Below are positions 40,946 to 54,420 of a stretch of DNA of 64,000 nt, piece after piece; position 1 is the stretch's first letter, and each line of letters begins with the position of its first letter. Below the pieces are notes generated by a model that worked only from the letters and a program-made list of their open reading frames with translations, was not told the origin of the DNA and ran no database searches. The DNA is from Eledone cirrhosa (lineage: Eukaryota), in NCBI GenBank assembly GCA_964016885.1, contig OZ024743.1:376836001-376900000 (forward strand), in the 5' to 3' direction. A program made the position numbers and the translations under genes.

Positions 40946-41825
40946 TATATCATACGAACAGATGACTGAAATACACAAAATATAATGGAAAATTGTTGGT
41001 GCGGGTTGAAGTAAAACAACAGTAAAACAAATATGGTTATGATTGATGACAATCAACATAGTGAGGCAAATCAGAGGGAGGAGGGCTGGAGATATAGATA
41101 GGAGTGGTAGGCATGAAATAGAGTAGTTGTGGTGGGAGCGGCAGTTGCAGCAGTGACAGCAGTAGCCACAGCAGCAACAGCAGTAGAATGTGGTGATATT
41201 GATAAGATGAAGTTTGAGGAAGAAATAAGCAAAAGGCACATAAAAGCAGGTAAGAGAGAAAGAGAGAGACGGGGGAGTGGGGAGAGAGATACAGGGGTGG
41301 GAGAAAATAAGAAAAAGTGAGAGGGAGATAGAGAAAGAGAGAAAGGGGGAGTGAGGTAGAAAAAGAGGGGAGAGAGAGAAAATAAGATAAAGTAAGAGGG
41401 AGAGAGAGAAGAAGGGGTGACAGTGGGTTTTGCCCCATCTGCCACAATATGGCTATTTTGGACAAAATAAATATAAAAACATGACTGATGATATTTTCTT
41501 CATCATATTGATCTTCCATGTTTGAATGGTGATAAATCAAAACAACAACAACAATGATAATAATAATGATAATAACAATAATAACAATAATAATAAAGTA
41601 AAAAAATAAAGTAAAAAAAGACAGACTGGGTAAAGCCAGTGGACCTTACAGAGAAGGGAAAATGAGAAAATAGATTCAGTAGAAAGAAGCTTTTAGGTAA
41701 AAAGGAATTATTTTATTGACCTCTCTTATTCTCTTGTCTATTAATAAATGCCAGTTCCATGCATTTCATTCATATTTCATGCCTGGCTACTACAATATGT
41801 CAGACTCAGTCACGACTTCAATACA

Positions 41826-42098
<273 letters not shown>

Positions 42099-42220
42099 GA
42101 TAGTTGGCAAATAAAAGAACGTAGGTATTTTTTTCTTTTTCTTTAATATTTATTTATAAATTGCATAACTGAGTGAAAATACATAAACAGTAATATCTTA
42201 CTTACATTTGCTAATAACTG

Positions 42221-44422
42221 CATTACCACCATCACCACCACCACCACCACCACCACCACCACCACCATCACCACCACCACCACCACCACCACCACCACCA
42301 CCACCACCACCACCACCACCATTACCATCACCATCACCATCACCGTCACCACCACCATCACCACCATCACCATTACCATCACCGTCACCACCACCATCAC
42401 CGTCACCACCACCACCACCAACACCACCACCACCATCACCACCACCACCACCACCACCGTCACCATCACCACCACCACCACCACCACCACCATCACCATT
42501 ACCACCACCATCACCGTCACCACCACCATCACCATTACCACCACCATCACCGTCACCACCACCACCACCAACACCACCACCACCACCACCATCACCATCA
42601 CCATCACCACCACCACCACCATTACCATCACCACCACCACCATCACCATTACCATCACCGTCACCACCACCATCACCGTCACCACCACCACCACCAACAC
42701 CACCACCACCACCACCACCGTCACCATCACCACCACCACCACCACCACCACCATCACCATTACCATCACCACCACCACCACCATCACCATTACCACCACC
42801 ATCACCGTCACCACCACCACCACCACCATCACCATCACCATCACCACCACCACCACCACCGTCACCATCACCACCACCACCATCACCACCACCATCACCA
42901 TCACCATTACCACCACCATCACCGTCACCACCACCACCACCACCATCACCATCACCATCACCACCACCATCACCATCACCACCACCATTACCATCACCAC
43001 CACCACCACCATCACCATCACCATTACCATCACCGTCACCACCACCACCACCATCACCGTCACCACCACCACCACCACCACCATCACCATCACCACCACC
43101 ACCACCATCGCCATCACCATTACCATCACCGTCACCACCACCACCACCATCACCATCACCATTACCATCACCGTCACCACCACCACCACCATCACCGTCA
43201 CCACCACCACCACCATCACCATCACCATCACCACCACCACCACCACCACCATCACCATCACCACCACCACCACCATCGCCATCACCATTACCATCACCGT
43301 CACCACCACCACCACCATCACCATCACCACCACCACCACCACCACCATCACCACCACCATTACCATCACCACCACCACCACCACCACCATCACCATTACC
43401 ATCACCACCACCACCACCATCACCACCACCATTACCATCACCACCACCACCACCACCACCATCACCATTACCATCACCACCACCACCACCATCACCACCA
43501 CCATTACCATCACCACCACCACCACCACCATCACCGTCACCACCACCACCACCACCACCATCACCATCACCACCACCACCACCATCGCCATCACCATTAC
43601 CATCACCGTCACCACCACCACCACCATCACCATCACCATTACCATCACCGTCACCACCACCACCACCATCACCGTCACCACCACCACCACCATCACCATC
43701 ACCATCACCACCACCACCACCACCACCATCACCATCACCACCACCACCACCATCGCCATCACCATTACCATCACCGTCACCACCACCACCACCATCACCA
43801 TCACCACCACCACCACCACCACCATCACCACCACCATTACCATCACCACCACCACCACCACCACCATCACCATTACCATCACCACCACCACCACCATCAC
43901 CACCACCATTACCATCACCACCACCACCACCACCACCATCACCATCACCATTACCATCACCGTCACCACCACCACCACCATCACCATCACCATCACCATC
44001 ATCACCACCATCACCACCACCACCACCACCACCATCACCATCACCATCACCATCACCATCACCATCACCATCATCACCACCATCACCACCACCACCACCA
44101 CCACCATCACCATCACCACCACCACCACCATCACCATCACCATCACCATCACCATCACCACCACCACCACCACCACCATCACCATCACCATCACCACCAC
44201 CACCACCACCACCATCACCATCACCATTACCATCACCGTCACCACCACCACCACCATCACCATCACCATCACCATCATCACCACCATCACCACCACCACC
44301 ACCACCACCATCACCATCACCATCACCATCACCATCACCACCATCATCATCACCACCATAATCATCATTATCATCGTCTTCACTCTCAACACCATCATCA
44401 CCACCACCACCATCATCATCAT
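42221..44422. repeat. 2.2-kb (CCA/TCA)n trinucleotide array with internal block duplications
   Basis: Triplet phase is unbroken. The rare TCG variant at 43108, 43276, 43585 and 43753 marks nested 168-bp and 477-bp duplications. Confidence 0.97.
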
Positions 44423-44524
44423 CTCTTTAGCTCTTCAGTTACAGTAAACATATCTCGCACAAGATGTCCTCCTTTTTCCATTTATTATTCAACTTCAAGA
44501 GGATGTAAAATAATGGATAGAAAT

Positions 44525-44810
44525 TCATGGTAAAGAAAGGCAAAGGTAACCTCGGAAAGATTTGAACTCAAACTGTAAAGGGCCGTAACTCTATGCTGCA
44601 AAGCATGTTGTCAGACATAACAATAATTGTTTCTACTTTTGGCACAAGGCCAGGAATTACCCCAGTGCATTACTGGTGCTTTATTTTATCGACCCCGTAA
44701 TGATGAAAGGCAGAGTTAAAATCGGTGTGATTTGAACTCAGAACGTAAAGGGCCATATCTCTATGCTGTAAAGCATTGTGTCTGATGCTCCACCGATACT
44801 GCCAATCCAA
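44525..44810 (-). mobile_element. Two tandem family 1 SINE copies (partial 44525-44618, near-full 44627-44810)
   Basis: GATTTGAACTCA (reverse-complement B box) occurs twice; also TTTTATCGACCCC, GGCACAAGGCCAG and CCGATACTGCCAAT. Confidence 0.85.
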
Positions 44811-45884
44811 AACTCTTTTACACTACGATATCATTGTTAGACCATTAACCGTTTTACAAAGCTTATTGGGTGAATGTTATCATGGCACCAACACTGAGAG
44901 GTTGTATTGACCCTAAATGGCGAGATCTTCATTCAACATTGTTTCCTTTATTTCAAGAGATACTTTTAAGGGGAGAGGTGGCCAAGAAAATTATATTAGG
45001 AGACAGTATGACTAGGAATGTAAGAAGAAAAGGTGATGTAGAGAAGAGAAAGGGATAGTTATCGTTACATGTTAACTACTGGCAAGGGATGTGTTATGAT
45101 GATTAAGATGATGATGATGGTGATGGATAATGATGATGATGATGAAGATGATGATAATAGTGATGATTATGATGGTGATGACGATAATAAAGGAACTACG
45201 AAGAATTAATATACAGTATGATTAAATACACACCAAATTAAAGCAGATACCCTTTCTCTGGTAGAGGGGGAGTTAAGTGGGCATGTACCGTATAAGGAAT
45301 GTGAAGTAGTTGATGGAACCTCGAAATATGTCTGATGAATGTTAAACTGGACAGCTGTATTGTTTTATTCTAGTAATAATACACTTTAACCTGTTTCACT
45401 TTATCTGTTATGTCTTAAAATTATTCTATAACGTAAATATATAATCTGTTTACATAATATTGAGTGATCCATTCTCCTCTTTCCTTTGTCATTTTATACC
45501 TGTTTAAATCAGCTGTGTGTGGGGGGGGGGGGACCACAATTAGTAAGGTACTCAATACATTAGTAGAGGGTAAACATGATATTTAGTATAGAAATGGCTT
45601 CTGCAGAACTAGAACTGTACATTCGAAAGAAATCATCAGGGCTTTCCTGATGACTTCTTTTGAACAGTTCTAATCCTGTAGAAGCCTTACTATATCTGAT
45701 TTTACCAGTCTACAGGTTCCACCCCTGTTAGCCTAAGATATTATTTAAATTGCTCTCCGAGTATTAGAATGTCTGAGTTGGTTACTCAGAAAAATACTCG
45801 ATAGTTTCTCTCTAGTGAAAGAGGTCGTATTTTCTGAATATAACTACAAACATTTTAAGGCAATTTTCAGGAGCATGGCAAGTT

Positions 45885-46200
45885 TGCCCTTCCTCAGCAA
45901 TCACTAGATTGAAATTCCTCTGCCATCATCTTTAGCCAGGTCCTTCTTGGTTTTCTTCTTCTTGCACATACTTCCACATTCATTTCCATCACTATTCTCA
46001 TCTAATCACTTTCATTCTTCCTCAACATATAACTCAACCATTTCATTCCATTTCTCTTCACAACATCCATCGCTGGTTCTATTCCCATCACCCTCTGCAA
46101 TTCATTGTTTATCTCCCTTTCTCTAAGCGATACTCCACTCATCCACCGAACCATTCTCATTTCCGTTCTTTCCAGCCTTCTCTGCTGTTCCACATTCATC
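45885..46200 (-). mobile_element. RTE-clade LINE 3' fragment
   Basis: RRLERTEMRMVRWMSGVSLRER..NELQRVMGIEP..VKRNGMKWLSYMLRK..MNVEVCARRRKPRRTW. Confidence 0.85.
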
Positions 46201-46429
46201 CTATTTTCTTAATGTAAAGAAAGAAAAGGAAAGAAACCAATACTTAGATCGGACCAAGGAAGCTATGTTCCCATTGGTCTTTCCATTGCCGATGCTATCT
46301 GTTGGTCGCAACTCCTGGCAGAAGTGTCACAACATTTCCGATGACAGGAGACCGGATTTAAAATCAGAACGAACAGATCCAGAACAGATGCTGCAAGGCA
46401 TCCCATCCGAAGCTTTAACAACCCACCGC

Positions 46430-46570
46430 CCCTGGACTGGTACTTTATTTATCGACCCCAAAAGGATGAAAGGTAAAGTTGACTGCAGAGGGATTTGAAA
46501 TCAGAGCGCAGAGAGCCGGAAGTAATACCTAGGCATTTAATCCGACGCTCTAACAACTCTGCCAATTCTT
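46430..46570 (-). mobile_element. Family 1 SINE, partial
   Basis: ACTGGTACTTTATTTATCGACCCCAAAAGGATGAAAGG..GATTTGAAATCAGA..CTCTGCCAATT. Confidence 0.8.
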
Positions 46571-46744
46571 GACATATATCTGTTAAAGTTTAAACCAATA
46601 ACATCCATCATTGTAGCAACCAAAATATTTTATTAAAATAAGCTTATTTAGAAAATTGTTTTTATTTTCCACACCTTCTCATCTTAAGGCAGATTATTGT
46701 TTTTTTTTTTCCTTTCAAAACCATTCCATTATCTTAACTTAGAG

Positions 46745-47045
46745 AAGTAACGTGGCCGACTCGTTTAAATAGTTTCACGATCATGAAGTTTCAGATCTGG
46801 TCCTATTGCATGGCATCTTGAGAAAGAGATTTTAACCATAATCTCGCGTCCTCGCAAACAATCTGATTGAAATTGGGTAGACAGAAACTGTTTGGAAGCC
46901 CGCTAAATCGGCTCTACTTTTAATTCAAATGACCAACCCTTTCAAACAATATTACACTGAATCTTCATCAGAATTAGATTAAATTACACATGTCTGTAGA
47001 GTTTATAGTCACTTACAGGCCAGTTTAACAAATAGGCTTTTCTGC
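46745..47045 (+). mobile_element. Degenerate SINE(s): family 3-like 5' part joined to family 2-like 3' part
   Basis: GGTAGACAGAAACTG..GAAGCCCG segment, then a body resembling 36925-37065. Confidence 0.5.
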
Positions 47046-47099
47046 TAAATGAATTAATTACTTTGAAAATTATTTTCATTTTCCATATCTTCTTAGAAG

Positions 47100-47415
47100 A
47101 TTCGCCGGCTAGAGGTTTGGATATTTGGCCCCCGATAATGAGGTCATGGGTACGATGTCCAAACTGATAGTTGCATAGTGTACTTGAGCAAGACTCTTTA
47201 TTTCACGCTACTCTGCTTCAATTCAATCAGCGGAAAATGAGCACCAGCATCTGCAGTTGGGGGCTGGTGACTTTGGGATGGACGAGCGACATGTCTCATA
47301 CATCATTTTCTACTCTCAGCTGCTTAATGATTCATGAAACCAGAAAACAAGATAAGCTCCAAACATTATCCAGTCCATGCAAGCATGGAAGAGCCGTCAT
47401 AAAAATGATGATTCT
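47100..47415 (+). mobile_element. tRNA-SINE with RTE-type 3' tail
   Basis: Core GTGTACTTGAGCAAGACTCTTTATTTCAC (cf. 36870-36895); ends ATCCAGTCCATGCAAGCATGGAAGAG...ATGATGAT like RTE termini. Confidence 0.6.
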
Positions 47416-47814
47416 AATTCTTAGGACAGAATTTTTTCATTAAAATAATTATTCCCTGTCTTTTAGAAGCAACACATCTTTCTTGAATGTGCAAAAGTTT
47501 ATCTGTAGAGAAACTTAGATATATATTCTTCCTCCATTTTCCTCGTTGAAGCAAAACAGACCACAAATTATTTCAATAGTCCATTTTATTATAAACATGG
47601 CAATACAGATGAGAGATCGTGAAATATGTTAAACCTGCTTCACACTTCCCTTATCTCACCTCTCTAGACTCATACATCCCCAACTTACATGTTTATATAC
47701 AAACACTGGATATTGCTAGAAATGTAATCTCGGTTGCTGCCTTTCTCATCTTCCTCTTTTCATCATCCTTTTTCTCTTTTTTCTTCTCCCACTCACGAGA
47801 TAAATGGCACTTCG

Positions 47815-47847
47815 TATTATATATATATATATATATATATGAACATG

Positions 47848-47891
<44 letters not shown>

Positions 47892-48065
47892 ATATATATA
47901 TTATATATATTCATATATATATGTCAAATCTCTATGTTTCACCAGAGATACAGTAGATGGTCCAAAACACAAATAGATACAATACTTGCACACATATATA
48001 TACATATAATATACATATATACATACTTATATTAATTATATATATATGCACATATATACACACAT

Positions 48066-48112
<47 letters not shown>

Positions 48113-48120
48113 TAACATGT

Positions 48121-48153
<33 letters not shown>

Positions 48154-48768
48154 ACATGTCTACATATATATTCTCCCTCTTCTCTAGGGCAGAATTTGTT
48201 AGTGTTTATAAAAGCTATGCTAACATCCTGTAGAACTAACTTCCCCTCATGCTCCCAGCCACACCAATCGCCAAACCTTGGTAACCTTACCTAATGGCTC
48301 TTAAATCATTGTAGATGACTTCTTCGCAGCGTCTTCCACCACTCACACCACTAACGCACCTTATGAAACCCCCCCACACACTTTATGGCATGCCCCCCCC
48401 CTCTCTGACATCCCCACTTTTTGGCATCACCCACCTTTCCTTTCCAAATATGCCCATCTTGTATATTGCCTGTAACATGTTGTAAGAGCACTTCCTCCAA
48501 CTGTACAAACGCATACATATACATAAACACGCACAGACGTTTATATATGTAAACCGACACACATTCACACACACACACATATATATACATATTTATATTC
48601 ATATATATATATACATACACATACACAAACATATATATATATACACATATATAAACATATATATAAGCATATGTATACATACATATATACATATATACAT
48701 ATATACATATGTATATATATATAAATATACATATATATATATATACACATATATATACATACATACAA

Positions 48769-48801
<33 letters not shown>

Positions 48802-48840
48802 TACACATACATAAACAAATAAACACATATGTACATATAC
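47815..48840. repeat. (AT)n/(CA)n-rich low-complexity tracts (47815-48170, 48510-48840)
   Basis: Direct inspection. Confidence 0.9.
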
Positions 48841-49208
48841 ACTTATGTCTCTATCTTTCATTCCTTCAACCATAAGATAAATCTCGCTTCACTTTTTTTT
48901 ATAAAATACACAAAAACAAGAGAAATGTTATTATTTTAATTATTTTTTTGTTATTATTATTTTTCGTAGATAAATAATTATTGTGTTTATCTGAAAAAAT
49001 AGTTGTGTATTCAGGAGAATTTCAACAAAATTTAGAACTGTTGATAGAATCCTACATCAACATACTTACATTCATATATATACATACATACACACACATA
49101 AATATATGCATACATATTTATACATATCTATATATATACATACAGGCACATCTCTATGTTTAATATCACGATTTCACACAAGGGAACTTGCAAAACGAAT
49201 TATATATG

Positions 49209-49254
<46 letters not shown>

Positions 49255-49256
<2 letters not shown>

Positions 49257-49410
49257 TGTTTCTACTTTTGGCACAAGGCCACCAATTATCCCAATGCATT
49301 ACTGGTTCTTTATTTTATCGACCCTGGATTTGAACTCAAACCGTCAAGGGGTGTAACTCTATGCTGCAAAACATGGAGTCTGACCCTCTAATGATACTTC
49401 CAATCCATAT
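49255..49410 (-). mobile_element. Family 1 SINE with internal deletion
   Basis: TTGTTTCTACTTTTGGCACAAGGCCA..TTTTATCGACCC..GATTTGAACTCA..CTCTATGCTGCAAA; closely similar to 44627-44810. Confidence 0.85.
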
Positions 49411-49504
49411 AATGAGGAGACGAAGCATGTCGAATAGTTCGTACTATTAAAATTCGAACCCACTGCGATTTTCACTGTTACAACAGATTAATCTCAGTAA
49501 TAGA

Positions 49505-49718
49505 ATTCTTTCTAACATTGGCACTAGGGCAGCAACTCGGAGAAAGGGAACCGTCGATTATACCGACCTCAGTACTGAAACTGGTATTTTATTTTATCGA
49601 CCCCAGAAGGACGAAAGGCAAAGTTTTTTGTGGCAGGATTTGAACTCATACGTAGAAAATCGTAACTAAATACTGCAAATCCTTTAGTCTAACGCTCTAC
49701 CGATACTGTCAACTGAAC
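49505..49718 (-). mobile_element. Family 1 SINE, full length
   Basis: TTTTATCGACCCCAGAAGGACGAAAGGCAAAG..GGATTTGAACTCA..CTCTACCGATACTGTCAACT. Confidence 0.88.
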
Positions 49719-49733
49719 GTCATTATCTCTGTT

Positions 49734-49918
49734 GGGCGGTGAATTGGCAGTATCGGTAGAGGGTTGGACGCCATGCTTTCTAACATAGTTACGTCCCTTT
49801 ACAGTCTGAGTTCAAATCCCGCCGAGGTTAACTTTGTCTTTCATCCTTACGGGGTCGATAAAATAAAGTACCAGTAATGTACTGGTTAATTGCTGGCCTT
49901 GTGCCTAAAGTAGAAACA
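49734..49918 (+). mobile_element. Family 1 SINE, full length, with 12-bp target-site duplication
   Basis: GGGCGGTGAATTGGCAGTATCGGTAGAG..GAGTTCAAATCCCGCC..GTGCCTAAAGTAGAAAC, flanked by ATTATCTCTGTT at 49722-49733 and 49919-49930. Confidence 0.92.
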
Positions 49919-50041
49919 ATTATCTCTGTTATATAATAGATATACATTATATTGTCTATAATTTTAAGCTCTCTTTATCTCGAATTTGTAAATGTAAACC
50001 CAAACATTTGGGAATATATATACGTATATACATTTGAAAAT

Positions 50042-50078
<37 letters not shown>

Positions 50079-50332
50079 GGTACATACACACACACAGATA
50101 TATATATATATATATATATATTTATTTATTTATGAATGACCTCTACGGGACTAGAACTGTTTCATTCGGAGAAAACCATCAGGAAACATTTGAAGGAATA
50201 AGATTTTGTTATAAAATTTCATGAATGTACACCCATACAAACAAACACATATATGTATACATATACACATGAAATAGGATAATATAAATAAATGTAACAT
50301 ATATATATTTATATACACACACACATATATAT

Positions 50333-50407
<75 letters not shown>

Positions 50408-50486
50408 CATACTCGCTATATCTGTGATATAACCACTAAATAAAATTAATAAACAATTGTAGAGGACGCCATATTAAATATGTCTC

Positions 50487-50648
50487 CCTATATATATTTC
50501 AAAGAACTCTGTCATCCCATCAGGTGTAATGACTTGGGCTTTGGTGTTGGTGTAGAGCAGTGATATCAGGTCCACTATCTTCTTGGGGATTCCATAAGCC
50601 TGTAAGATCTTCATCAGGCAGTAACGGTCCACAGAATCAAAGGCCTAT
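50487..50648 (-). mobile_element. LINE reverse transcriptase core fragment (RTE-like)
   Basis: K*AFDSVDRYCLMKILQAYGIPKKIVDLISLLYTNTKAQVITPDGMTEFFEI covers the RT domain 3-4 KAFDS..YGIP motif. It is absent from the ORF track. Confidence 0.88.
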
Positions 50649-50723
50649 TTGTGATACTTAGTGATACTTAGTGATACTTAGACAGGAATACTGGAAATTT
50701 GGTAGTGGAAGTGGGGAGGCTGA

Positions 50724-51046
50724 TGGATGATGATGATGATGATGATGGTAGTGGCGATGATGATGAAGATGATGATGATGATGGTGGTTGTGGTGGTGGT
50801 GGTGGTGGTGGTGGTGTTGGTGGTGGTGGTGGAGATGGTGGTGGTGGTGGTGGTGGTGGTGGTGGAGATGATGATGAAGATGATGATGATGATGATGGTG
50901 GTTGTGGTGGTGGTGGTGGTGGTGGTGGTGGTGGTGGTGGTGGTGGTGGTGGTGGTGGTGGTGGTGGTGGAGATGGTGGTGGGCACGATGATGGGGATGA
51001 TGGTTTTGTGGAGGTTACGATGAAAGTGATGATGATGATGATGATT

Positions 51047-51088
<42 letters not shown>

Positions 51089-51400
51089 GTGATGGTGATG
51101 GTGATGGTTATGGTGATGGTGATCGTGGTGGTGTTAGTGTTGGTTATGGTGATGGAGGTGGTGGCGGTGGTGTTGTTGATGTTGATCAAAGAAGACAATA
51201 AAGACGACAATGAGGATGATGACAATGGCAATGTTGATGATGATGACAACGAAAATTATGATGACAACTATGATGATGATAATGATGGTGATGATGACGT
51301 TGATGATGACGATGATGATGATGATGATGGTGGTGGCAGCGATGATGATGATGATGATAACAACTATGATGGTGACAACGGCGGCGACAACGATAATGAC
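50724..51400. repeat. (GAT)n/(GGT)n compound trinucleotide array
   Basis: Direct inspection; the block GATGAAGATGATGAT..GGTTGTGGT..GGAGAT is duplicated. Confidence 0.95.
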
Positions 51401-51659
51401 TGCTGATTAAAGAAGAAAGCCATAAACCTTATTGTTATTTCTTTCAATTGATCAATTAAACTTTCTTTTTTTAGACAATAAAAAATGTGGGTTCTGTGCC
51501 TCCCCATTACCCTCCACCACACCATCCCTCCACCCCACCCGACAACCTTACCCGGCATTGTGTTATGATGAACCAGTTATCGCAACCAAACATTTTACCA
51601 GATATCTTGTTTTATCATGTGATGTTGATTTTGTTTATGTGTGTGTTTTAACAAGTGTA

Positions 51660-51945
51660 AAAACACACATATAAACACAAGAAAACATATATATAGAAAC
51701 ACGAGAAAACACACACATAGAAACATGGAAATAAATACACACACAAAACATACACACAAACACGGAACAACGCATACACAAGCACGGAAAAACACACACA
51801 CAGAGGAATATGGAAATACATACATAAACAAACACGAGAAACACATACATACATACACACGAGAAAACACACATATAGAAACACGAGAAAACATATACAA
51901 ACAGACGAGAAAACACTTACACAAACACGAGAATCACATACATAC
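51660..51945. repeat. Degenerate about 20-24-bp minisatellite (AAACACGAGAAAACACAC..)
   Basis: The CACGAGAA/CACGGAA core recurs, separated by (CA)/(TA) stretches. Confidence 0.7.
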
Positions 51946-52119
51946 AGATACATTTCCAATAGGACATAATAGTGACATGAACGTCATCATTGTTGTTGAC
52001 TCAGCGGTAATATGTCAAACAACAATTTTAATTTTATAAAACTTTCCTATCCGAATCATATTTTTTAACAAAAAAATAACGTTTAAAAAAATATATACTG
52101 TATGTTTATGTCAGTGCAT

Positions 52120-52320
52120 GTCTATATATATATATATGTGTGTGTGTATGTGTGTGTGTGTGTGTGTGCGTGCGTGTGTGTGTGTGGGGGGGGGGGGTAT
52201 ATATATATAAATATTTATATATATATATTTATATATATATATATATGGAGTTGGTCAGAGTATCGCTTAAGGCTTTCTCTGTTTATGTATTGTATATATA
52301 TATATTTATATATATATATT

Positions 52321-52403
<83 letters not shown>

Positions 52404-52408
52404 TTATT

Positions 52409-52478
<70 letters not shown>

Positions 52479-52495
52479 TATATATATATAAATAA

Positions 52496-52526
<31 letters not shown>

Positions 52527-52541
52527 AATATATATATATAA

Positions 52542-52638
<97 letters not shown>

Positions 52639-52660
52639 TTATTTATTTATATATATATAT
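52120..52660. repeat. Long (AT)n with (GT)n and (GA)n segments
   Basis: Direct inspection. Confidence 0.95.
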
Positions 52661-52695
52661 AACAAAGGAAAGAATGTACAGAAGAGAGATATATA

Positions 52696-52774
52696 CAGGG
52701 TGTACCCAAAAAATGTATAAACACTTTGATTAGAATGCTGTTGAAGTATGTATACATTTTTGGGGAACACTTTG
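52696..52774. mobile_element. Tiny Tc1/mariner-type MITE (79 bp)
   Basis: TA|CAGGGTGTACCCAAAAAATGTATA ... TATACATTTTTGGGGAACACTTTG|TA: imperfect TIRs of about 24 bp with TA flanks. Confidence 0.75.
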
Positions 52775-53584
52775 TATATATATAGATATAACAATAAAAA
52801 GAGAAATAGAGAGATGGGGAAAGAGAGAAGGTAGAAAATAGAAAAGAAAGACAGAAAGATTTATATCTCATCAAATATATTATGTTATTTTTGGTTTGTT
52901 TGTTTTCTTGACAACACATCATTATTATTTCTGACAACCATTTTGTTCAAACCATATATAAGATATAACAACAACATATAATACTAAATAATATGTCTAT
53001 ATAATATGTCTATATATACATATACACCCACATACATACACCCCCCCACACACACACACACATATATATATATATACGCGTAATAACATCTCCCGACAAT
53101 ATTATATACACTATATATACACCAGCAGTCTTATCTTTCCTGATAGATATACCAGATATCATATTGAAAAACAGATTATGATTTTTATTATTTTATTTCC
53201 ATTTTTCATCCTTAATTCATTGTTTCATTATTTTATTATGATATTTTATTTCATCTTTTAATTTCATTTTGTTCCCTTTTGTTTATCTCCCCTTTTTGGT
53301 GGTGGGGGTTGGAGGGAGGAAAAAATTATATAGAATAGTAAATAACAAAAATTTCAAAAAATATACAAAAGAAAACAGTTGATCGTTTTGTGTAAGTGTG
53401 GTGTGAGGGAGAGAGGAGTTATGTCCCCCTACCTCCACCTACGCAATGTTGACAAGCTCTAAATTGTAATCCTTTCCTTCCTATATTTATCTGATATTCT
53501 GATATTGTTGAAGAGAGGAGAGGGGTTATGTATAATAAAAACTCTTCTGTAGAAGGCTCTAAATATATATAATGGCTGTGGTAT

Positions 53585-53898
<314 letters not shown>

Positions 53899-53944
53899 AT
53901 GTATATATGTGTGTATCTGTATATTTATGTATAGCTATGGATAC

Positions 53945-54012
53945 AGGCATGTCTGTGATAAAGGAGTTTACTTAACGACCACATGGTTTCGGGTTCAGTC
54001 CCATTTCTGGCA
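53945..54012 (+). mobile_element. tRNA-SINE head (family 3), truncated
   Basis: CTGTGATAAAGGAGTTTACTT..ACCACATGGTTTCGGGTTCAGTCCCA (B-box-like). Confidence 0.55.
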
Positions 54013-54244
54013 GATTGAATAGCTTTCAGAAAAGCAAATTGCTTTGTGCAAGAACAACAACATGTGACATGTTATAATCAGTTAATCTCTGAATTAAGAC
54101 CAAGGACTATAAAAGGAAGGGGCCTGTTCGAAAAATATATCGCAGTCTCTATTTCATGTCGCAAAAACTGACGATTGATCTGAACCTGTCCTGGGAGGCG
54201 TGGGATGGTCGCACAAAGATTGCGTATCTCGAGACTCCATAGAA

Positions 54245-54388
54245 GGAGTATGAGGATTCTGCCCCAACGACCGTCTCAGGAAGAAGAAGAAGAAGAAGAA
54301 GAAGAAGAAGAAGAAGAAGAAGAAGAAGAAGAAGAAGAAGAAGAAGAAGAAGAAGAAGAAGAAGAAGAAGAAGAAGAAGAAGAAGAAG

Positions 54389-54420
<32 letters not shown>
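54245..54420 (+). mobile_element. RTE (Expander-like) 3' terminus with expanded (GAA)n tail
   Basis: GAGGATTCTGCCCCAACGACCGTCTCAGGAA(GAA)n resembles the end of the minus-strand RTE at 59045-59100 (GAGGACTCTGTCCCACGACACTCTCAGGAA..GAAGAAG). Confidence 0.65.

Noticed and set aside
48970-48977. Possible terminal exon after TTTTCGTAG (would add D-K-stop)
   Set aside because: Only an acceptor-like motif, with no other support.
50699-51406. Asp/Gly-rich ORF resembling a biomineralisation protein
   Set aside because: Pure GAT/GGT microsatellite with single-codon usage, no signal peptide and no splice context.
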